Assembly: GCA_016938655.1 (NCBI GenBank)
Contig: JAFGUG010000067.1
Location: forward strand, 18,247-82,246
Direction: 5' to 3'
Length of the DNA stretch: 64,000 bases
DNA from: Thiotrichales bacterium
GTDB lineage: Bacteria > Pseudomonadota > Gammaproteobacteria > Thiomicrospirales > Thiomicrospiraceae
The notes beneath the pieces are model-generated. The model had not been told where the DNA came from, made no database searches, and worked only from the letters and a program-made list of their open reading frames with translations. Below, one piece after another: positions 57,309 to 64,000 of the stretch. A program made the translations under genes and the position numbers. Each line of letters opens with the position of its first letter. The first letter of the stretch is position 1.

Positions 57309-58529
57309 TTAAGAACGATACTCGGCATTAATTTTAACGTAGTCATACGAGAAGTCGGTTGTCCAAACGGTATCGGACACTTCACCTCGATGTAACTTAA
57401 TGAGAATCGTAATATCACTCTGTGCCATCACCGCAGAACCGGCTTCTTCAGTGTAACTGTCAGCTCGGCCACCGTTATTGACGATGCATACATCATCTAG
57501 GAAGATTTCGATTTTATCAATATCAAAATCAGGTAAACCAGAACGCCCTACCGCGGCTAAAATACGCCCCCAGTTAGCATCAGAGGCAAATAACGCCGTC
57601 TTAACCAGCGGTGACAAGGCAACCGCGTGTGCCACCTTTAAACACTCATCCGTATCCAACGCACCTTCAACGACCACTGAAACAAACTTGGTCGCGCCCT
57701 CTCCATCACGCACAATCATCTGCGCTAATTCGACCATCACTTCGGTAACAACGGTTGCAAACTGCTGATACTCGGCAGAATCAACAGAATCAATCACCGG
57801 CATATCGGCCTGTTGGGTTGCCGTTAGCGTGCACGCATCATTGGTTGAGGTATCACCATCAACCGTAATACGATTGAACGACACATTGGTTGCATCAGAA
57901 AGGCACTTCTGTAAGCAGGCCTGTGTGATTTTAGCATCCGTCGCCACGAAGCCTAACATGGTCGCCATGTTTGGATGAATCATCCCAGACCCTTTAGAGA
58001 TACCGGTTATGGTCACAGTGTTGCCGCCCACCGCAAACTGACGGCTCACCTGCTTGGGCACTAAGTCCGTGGTCATGATGCCATCACTGGCCTCATTCCA
58101 AGCTGTCACACTCAAGTTTGAGCAGGCCTGTGGAATTCCAAGCTGAAACTTTTCCATGGGTAAATTCTGCCCAATGACACCGGTTGAAAAAGGCAGAACC
58201 TGTTCAACGTTTAACCCCATCTCTTCGGCTAACCAAGCGCAGGTTTGAATGGCATCTTGCATACCCTGCTTACCTGTTCCTGCATTGGCATTACCGGCAT
58301 TAATCAGTAAGGCGCGAGGTTGCGTAGTCGCCAAATGCTGTTTAGCCAAGGTAACGGGGGCGGCACAGAAGGCATTCAGCGTAAAGGTGGCTGCCGTAAT
58401 GGATCCCTCTGCTAACTCGGCAACCACTAAATCGGTTTTACCATTTTTCTTAATTTTAGCGGCCGTTGCACCTAAATAAAAACCACTTACTGGGTGCATT
58501 TCAGGGCGAATTGAGGTGTTTTGAGTCAT
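57309..58529 (-). CDS. argJ: Bifunctional ornithine acetyltransferase/N-acetylglutamate synthase
   Basis: NAGNANAGTG, STGVIG, KGSGMIHPNMATML, DGDTSTND and YVKINAEYRS motifs. Start set at ATG 58529. Confidence 0.97.
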   Translation of the reverse strand: MTQNTSIRPEMHPVSGFYLGATAAKIKKNGKTDLVVAELAEGSITAATFTLNAFCAAPVTLAKQHLATTQPRALLINAGNANAGTGKQGMQDAIQTCAWLAEEMGLNVEQVLPFSTGVIGQNLPMEKFQLGIPQACSNLSVTAWNEASDGIMTTDLVPKQVSRQFAVGGNTVTITGISKGSGMIHPNMATMLGFVATDAKITQACLQKCLSDATNVSFNRITVDGDTSTNDACTLTATQQADMPVIDSVDSAEYQQFATVVTEVMVELAQMIVRDGEGATKFVSVVVEGALDTDECLKVAHAVALSPLVKTALFASDANWGRILAAVGRSGLPDFDIDKIEIFLDDVCIVNNGGRADSYTEEAGSAVMAQSDITILIKLHRGEVSDTVWTTDFSYDYVKINAEYRS

Positions 58530-58591
58530 CGACGTATTCCTTGTAAAGTCGTTTTGCGAATCATATCGCACAAACGCATTTCTTAAAACAG

Positions 58592-58614
58592 AAAACCCAC
58601 CAAAAGGTGGGTTT
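58592..58614 (-). terminator. Hairpin/terminator between secA and argJ
   Basis: AAAACCCACC-AAAA-GGTGGGTTT. Confidence 0.7.
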
Positions 58615-58640
58615 AAATCAAACCAGTTATGCGTTCTAGC

Positions 58641-61391
58641 TTAACTGATTTTTCCGCAACACTGCTTGTACTTTTTACCCGAACCACAAGGACAAGGGTC
58701 ATTTCGACCCACTTTTGGGGTTTCACGTCGGAAGGTACCCTCTTCAGACTCAGCGCTGCCCATCTCAACCGTGGCTTCTTGTTGCGCCCCACGTTGCATG
58801 GCATCCGCTATGCCAGCTGAAGCTGGGTGCGTTGCATCTAGTTGTTTTGGACGGTTTTGATCGTCTTGCTGTTCGTAGTCGGCGACATCTTGCGCACCTT
58901 CAATCTGAACGAGCGATAACACCTTGATCGTTTCCGTCATCACCGAATCAAGAAATGCATTAAACATTAAACCGGATTCACGACGGTACTCTTGGAAAGG
59001 GTCTTTCTGTGCGTAACCACGCAAGTGAATACCACGACGTAAATAGTCCATCTCCGAAAGGTGTTCTCGCCACTGTTTATCAATGGTACGCAACAACACC
59101 TCTTTCTCAAAGTGATGCAGAGTTTGTGGATTTACGGCCGCCATCTTCTCTTGGTATTTTAGCTTCAGCTCGGCCACTAATTTTTCACGCAGCTTCTCTT
59201 CATACAGGTCTTTATCGTTGTCTAACCACTCTTGAATCGGAAGCTCAGCACCAAATTCTTCTTGAATGGCTTTTTCCAATCCTGGAATATCCCACTGCTC
59301 GTCTAATGAACCTTGTGGCACATACATATCGGTAATTTGATTCACCACACCATCACGTAAATTATCAATGGTTTCAGTCACATCATCCGATTCCATTAAC
59401 TCATTACGCTGTTCGTATACCACTTTACGTTGTTCATTCGAAATATCATCAAACTTCAGCAAGTTCGCACGTTCGTCTTGATGCATACGTTCAACTTGTT
59501 TCTGAGCGCGTTCAATCGACTTAGTGACCATCTTATGCTCAATCGCCTCGTCGTCTTTCATACCCAGACGTTTCATCATCGACTTCACTTTTTCGGAAGC
59601 AAAACGACGCATCAAGTCATCATCTAACGACAGATAAAAACGCGTCACACCCACATCACCTTGACGACCCGAACGACCACGTAACTGGTTATCAATACGG
59701 CGTGATTCGTGACGTTCTGAACCAATCACTTTCAAACCGCCCACACTCAACACAAAATCATGGCGCGCTTGCCATGCTTTTTTAACCGCAGCAACTTGCT
59801 CCTCGGTCTGCTCACCCAGTTCATGCAACTCAGACTCTAAATTACCACCCAACACAATATCGGTACCACGACCCGCCATGTTAGTCGCAATGGTCACTGC
59901 ACCTGGCAAACCGGCATTGGCAATAATCGAGGCTTCTTTTTCATGCTGCTTAGCATTCAAAACGCTATGCTCAATTTTCTCTTTGGTTAAGAAACGTGAT
60001 AACAGCTCGGACATCTCAATGGAAGCGGTTCCCACTAATACTGGTTGCTGACGTTTTTGAGTTTCACGAATATCTTCAACGATCGCAGCAAACTTGCCTT
60101 CCATCTCTAAGAAAATCAAATCCGGTAAATCTTGACGTTGTGGCTCTCTGTTTGGTGGAACCACCACAACTTCTAGCTTATAGGTCGATAAGAACTCACC
60201 CGCTTCGGTATCCGCCGTTCCGGTCATACCTGACAATTTTTTGTACTGACGGAAGTAGTTCTGGAACGTAATCGAAGCAAAGGTTTGACTCTCTTGCTGA
60301 ATCTTCACGCCCTCTTTGGCCTCAACCGCTTGGTGCAAACCTTCACCCCAACGACGACCTTCCATTTTACGACCCGTAAACTCATCAATGATGACCACTT
60401 GATCATCTTGAACAATGTAATCTTTGTCTTTTTCAAATAACAAATTGGCACGTAAGGCAGCGCTAATATGAATCATCAAACCAATGTGTGCAGCATCGTA
60501 CAAGCTTTCATCTTCACCAATTAAGCCGATTCCCGCTAACATCTCTTCAACTTTACCGTGACCTTGATCCGTTAAATAAACCTGTTTGGCTTTTTCATCA
60601 ATGGTGAAGTCACCACTGGCTGTTTTGGTCTCTTCGTCCTCTTCCCCTTGCTCTAATTGGGCAATTAATGGGTTTATTTGACGATAAAGTTCTGACTTAT
60701 CTTCGGCTGGCCCAGAGATAATTAATGGAGTACGCGCTTCGTCAATCAAGATCGAATCGACCTCATCGATCACCGCATAGTTCTGACCACGCATGACTTT
60801 TTCTGCCGAATAAATCGCCATATTGTCACGTAGGTAGTCAAAACCAAATTCATTATTGGTGCCGTAAGTCACATCCATTGAGTAAGCCAGTTGCTTCTCT
60901 TGTTGAGATTGACCACTCAAAATCACACCGGTGGTTAAACCCAAGAACTCAAACAACTGCCCCATCCACTCCGAGTCACGCTTGGCTAGGTAATCGTTCA
61001 CGGTAATAACATGAACCCCTAGGCCACTCAACGCATTCAAGTAAACCGGCAGGGTTGCTACTAAGGTTTTACCTTCACCGGTTCGCATCTCTGGAATTTT
61101 GCCTTCATGTAAGGCCATTCCACCAATCATCTGCACATCATAGTGACGCATACCAAACACACGTTTACCGGCTTCACGCACCACCGCAAACGCTTCTGGC
61201 AAAATATCATCTAAGGATTGACCATTGGCCAACGCAGCCTTAAATGTCTCAGTTTTAAGTTTAAGGTCATCGTCTGACAACCCTTCAAATTCAGACTCAT
61301 AAGAATTAATTTTAGCTAGGTTTTTGTTGTACTGCTTTAAGATGCGATCGTTACGACTACCGAACAATTTTTGAAAGATATTTAAGGCCAT
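58641..61391 (-). CDS. secA: Preprotein translocase ATPase SecA
   Basis: [38 protein letters not shown], and C-terminal [18 protein letters not shown]. Confidence 0.99.
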   Translation of the reverse strand: MALNIFQKLFGSRNDRILKQYNKNLAKINSYESEFEGLSDDDLKLKTETFKAALANGQSLDDILPEAFAVVREAGKRVFGMRHYDVQMIGGMALHEGKIPEMRTGEGKTLVATLPVYLNALSGLGVHVITVNDYLAKRDSEWMGQLFEFLGLTTGVILSGQSQQEKQLAYSMDVTYGTNNEFGFDYLRDNMAIYSAEKVMRGQNYAVIDEVDSILIDEARTPLIISGPAEDKSELYRQINPLIAQLEQGEEDEETKTASGDFTIDEKAKQVYLTDQGHGKVEEMLAGIGLIGEDESLYDAAHIGLMIHISAALRANLLFEKDKDYIVQDDQVVIIDEFTGRKMEGRRWGEGLHQAVEAKEGVKIQQESQTFASITFQNYFRQYKKLSGMTGTADTEAGEFLSTYKLEVVVVPPNREPQRQDLPDLIFLEMEGKFAAIVEDIRETQKRQQPVLVGTASIEMSELLSRFLTKEKIEHSVLNAKQHEKEASIIANAGLPGAVTIATNMAGRGTDIVLGGNLESELHELGEQTEEQVAAVKKAWQARHDFVLSVGGLKVIGSERHESRRIDNQLRGRSGRQGDVGVTRFYLSLDDDLMRRFASEKVKSMMKRLGMKDDEAIEHKMVTKSIERAQKQVERMHQDERANLLKFDDISNEQRKVVYEQRNELMESDDVTETIDNLRDGVVNQITDMYVPQGSLDEQWDIPGLEKAIQEEFGAELPIQEWLDNDKDLYEEKLREKLVAELKLKYQEKMAAVNPQTLHHFEKEVLLRTIDKQWREHLSEMDYLRRGIHLRGYAQKDPFQEYRRESGLMFNAFLDSVMTETIKVLSLVQIEGAQDVADYEQQDDQNRPKQLDATHPASAGIADAMQRGAQQEATVEMGSAESEEGTFRRETPKVGRNDPCPCGSGKKYKQCCGKIS

Positions 61392-61525
61392 GTAAACGGG
61401 GTTCCAATTTGACTTTTGAGGTAAGTATTAATCTTTATTAACAAAAATAGAACAGAACAAAGTTCGCTAATTTTTGAATACTGTAAAATGGGGCTTATTT
61501 TAACACAGTTGCTGACGATAACATT

Positions 61526-61969
61526 ATGAAACCCTTATTAAACAGACAAAGCAGCCTTTTAAAAAATTTAATGAGAGAAGCGGAACTTTATCAAGCGCTT
61601 TTAGAGGTTGGACAGCAGTGTTTACCCTCGGAACTTAAAGCCCACTTAGTCGGCGTAGGCTTTGAAAAGAATGTGTTGATTTTACAAATCGACAACAATA
61701 TTTGGGCCACTCAATTGCGTTTTTTTGAACCGACCATTCTGACAGTTTATCAAGAGAATTTCCCGCATCTGGAACTGAATCGAACGCACATAAAGGTGTT
61801 ACCAATTGGAGAAGCACCGAGAGTAAAACGCAAAGTCAAAACCCACCCTTCGCAGGAAGATGCACTGGAGATGCAAACCTTAGCCGGTCAAGTTGAGTCT
61901 AAAGGCTTACAAGCAGCCCTACTCAAGCTAAGCTTAAGAGCAAATGAAGACGATAGCGAAGAGAGATAA
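61526..61969 (+). CDS. dciA: DciA/DUF721 family protein
   Basis: WATQLRF motif; canonical position between lpxC and secA. Confidence 0.8.
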   Translation: MKPLLNRQSSLLKNLMREAELYQALLEVGQQCLPSELKAHLVGVGFEKNVLILQIDNNIWATQLRFFEPTILTVYQENFPHLELNRTHIKVLPIGEAPRVKRKVKTHPSQEDALEMQTLAGQVESKGLQAALLKLSLRANEDDSEER

Positions 61970-62017
61970 GCGTTAAAAGCAAAACCTTTTGACCATCAAC
62001 GTTGAGGCTTTAATAGC

Positions 62018-62040
62018 AAAAAAACCCGAAAACGGGGTTT
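62018..62040 (-). terminator. Terminator after lpxC
   Basis: AAAAAAACCCGAAAACGGGGTTT. Confidence 0.6.
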
Positions 62041-62067
62041 AGAAAATGTAAAACTAAACGAATCTTA

Positions 62068-62985
62068 TTACGCGACTATTTTACTGCTGCCATACTTAAT
62101 CGGCGAGCTGTCTTCAAACGTGACAATCTCATAGGCATCAGGTTGCGCCAATAAGGCACGTAGCAACTGATTGTTTAAAGCGTGACCCGATTTATGTGCC
62201 GTAAATTCACCAATAATTGGGTGACCAATCATGTATAAATCGCCGACTGCATCTAAAATTTTATGACGTACAAATTCATCTTTGTTACGTAAACCTTCTT
62301 TATTCATGACGCCTTGATCATCTAAGCCAATGGCATTTTCCAAGCTTGCACCTAGCGCCAAATTACGTTCACGCAGCATTTCCATGTCTTTAAAGAAACC
62401 AAACGTCCGTGCTCGACTCACTTCTTTAAAGTAAGAAGTCGACGAAAACTCAAGCGTCATTTTCTCTGCGGTTGAGTTAAAGGCGGGGTGATCAAAATCG
62501 ATTGAAAAATTTAGACGATAGCCTTCATAGGGTGAAAAAGAGGCCGTTCCACCTTGGGTATTTTCAACCTCTACTGGCTTTAAAATTCGAATGAATTTCT
62601 TGGGTGCATCCTGAAGTTCAATGCCTGCAGATTGAATCAAAAAGATAAAGTGCGATGAACTTCCGTCCATAATCGGCACTTCATCTGTGGTGATGTCAAT
62701 ATAGACATTATCAATACCAATACCCGCAAGAGAGGACATTAAATGCTCAATCGTGGCAATCTTAATGCGCCCCTGCGGCTTGTCTTTGACAATGGTGGTG
62801 CACAACATGGTTTCACCCACAATCTCAGGATTCACAGCAAACTCAACAACAGGATCCAGGTCAATACGTCGAAAAACGATGCCCGTATCAACCGGTGCAG
62901 GTCGCAACGTCATAATGGATTCATGCCCAGTATGCAGTCCGATACCTTTGGCTTTAATGGTGTTTGCTAGGGTTCTTTGATTCAC
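62068..62985 (-). CDS. lpxC: UDP-3-O-acyl-N-acetylglucosamine deacetylase
   Basis: QRTL, GIGLHTG, TIEHL, PIMDGSS, ARTFGF and [11 protein letters not shown] motifs. Confidence 0.98.
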   Translation of the reverse strand: MNQRTLANTIKAKGIGLHTGHESIMTLRPAPVDTGIVFRRIDLDPVVEFAVNPEIVGETMLCTTIVKDKPQGRIKIATIEHLMSSLAGIGIDNVYIDITTDEVPIMDGSSSHFIFLIQSAGIELQDAPKKFIRILKPVEVENTQGGTASFSPYEGYRLNFSIDFDHPAFNSTAEKMTLEFSSTSYFKEVSRARTFGFFKDMEMLRERNLALGASLENAIGLDDQGVMNKEGLRNKDEFVRHKILDAVGDLYMIGHPIIGEFTAHKSGHALNNQLLRALLAQPDAYEIVTFEDSSPIKYGSSKIVA

Positions 62986-63236
62986 GGAATACTCGTACTT
63001 TTTACACCTTAAAAGGGCTAAAACTGCAATAAAAACAGGGGTTTTAACCGCTTAAGGCATCTATTTTAAGAATGGCTGAATTCTACCATATATAAAGCGA
63101 AACCATAGGTGAAAAATAGACGACGTTAAAAGAGAGGATAACAAGGAAGTTCGGCAAACCAAGCAGGCCTGCCTATTTTGTCGAATTCACAAACTTAATA
63201 GGTAAACCGTATGCAAATACGGCCATTAAAAGGGAC

Positions 63237-64000
63237 TTAAAAACTTTTGCTAAACCAGTTTTTCATCTTAGCGAAAACATCACCTGCCGCCATGTGCGAT
63301 TTTTGCACAGGTTGTTCAAATGCAGAGCCATCAACATGCTCTTTAGCATAGACCAACAAACCGTAGGTGGTCGCATACGAAGGGTTATTCACCTCTTCAG
63401 TTAGACCTTTGACGTCTTGCGGGTAGCCCAAACGAACTGGCATATGGAAGACCTCTTCAGCTAACTCAACGGCACCTTCTACCAATGAACTACCACCGGT
63501 TAAGACAACACCTGCGGCTAGCATATCTTCAAAACCAGAACGTCTTAGTTCCGCTTGAATCAGTTGAAACAACTCTTCGTAACGAGGTTCAATAACTTCC
63601 ACTAAGGTTCTGCGTGATAGGCAGCGCGAAGGTCTATCACCCACACTGGCCACTTCGATTTCATCATCTTGGTCAATCAGTTGCGGTAAGGCACAAGCGT
63701 ATTTGCGCTTGATGTTTTCAGCGGCTTGGGTCGGGGTTCTTAGCGCAACGGCTATGTCATTGGTGACTTGGTCACCCGCCACAGAAATAACCGCAGTATG
63801 ACGAATTGCGCCGTTGTGGAAGATAGCAATATCGGTAGTTCCACCCCCAATATCCACCAAACAAACCCCGAGCTCTTTCTCGTCTTCAGACAAGACCGCT
63901 TCACTGGACGCAAGTTGCTCAAGAATAATGTCGGCCACTTCTAAGCCACAACGTTCAACGCATTTGGTAATGTTCTGCGCGGCACTGACCGAACCTGTCA
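63237..64000 (-). CDS. ftsA: Cell division protein FtsA, 3' part (5' end outside window)
   Basis: Frame is open to the window edge (TGSVSAAQNITKCVERCGL...); DIGGGTTD and VLTGGSS motifs; amphipathic C-terminus KMKNWFSKSF. Confidence 0.97.
   Translation of the reverse strand, partial: TGSVSAAQNITKCVERCGLEVADIILEQLASSEAVLSEDEKELGVCLVDIGGGTTDIAIFHNGAIRHTAVISVAGDQVTNDIAVALRTPTQAAENIKRKYACALPQLIDQDDEIEVASVGDRPSRCLSRRTLVEVIEPRYEELFQLIQAELRRSGFEDMLAAGVVLTGGSSLVEGAVELAEEVFHMPVRLGYPQDVKGLTEEVNNPSYATTYGLLVYAKEHVDGSAFEQPVQKSHMAAGDVFAKMKNWFSKSF

Overview
Core chromosomal window of a sulfur-oxidising gammaproteobacterium, most likely Thiomicrorhabdus/Hydrogenovibrio/Thiomicrospira (inferred from stand-alone soxXYZA, fccAB and gene order). 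It holds sulfur-oxidation and electron-transfer genes (fccAB, three more c-type cytochromes, soxXYZA), katG, amino-acid biosynthesis genes (ilvBNC, ilvD, leuA, argA, argJ, hisC, cysE), the ndk-rlmN-rodZ-hisS-yfgM-bamB-der block, iscR-iscA, galU-pgi-ugd, and secA-dciA-lpxC-ftsA. I saw no rRNA, tRNA, transposase, prophage or CRISPR-Cas. The strongest unexplained signals are: (1) a highly iterated palindrome CAGGCCTG (consensus AGCAGGCCTGCT), at least 23 exact copies in genes and intergenic DNA; (2) a four-unit ~181-bp tandem array of structured, covarying ERIC-like hairpin plus terminator units between ilvC and katG, whose junctions carry that palindrome; (3) a structured 5' leader ahead of a PEP-CTERM-like gene; (4) an unannotated 32-aa membrane microprotein ending the fcc operon; (5) gene absences from canonical clusters (ftsZ, ispG/pilW, iscSU-hscBA-fdx) and a Ugd homologue lacking its catalytic Cys. 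All calls were made by eye, with no database searches.
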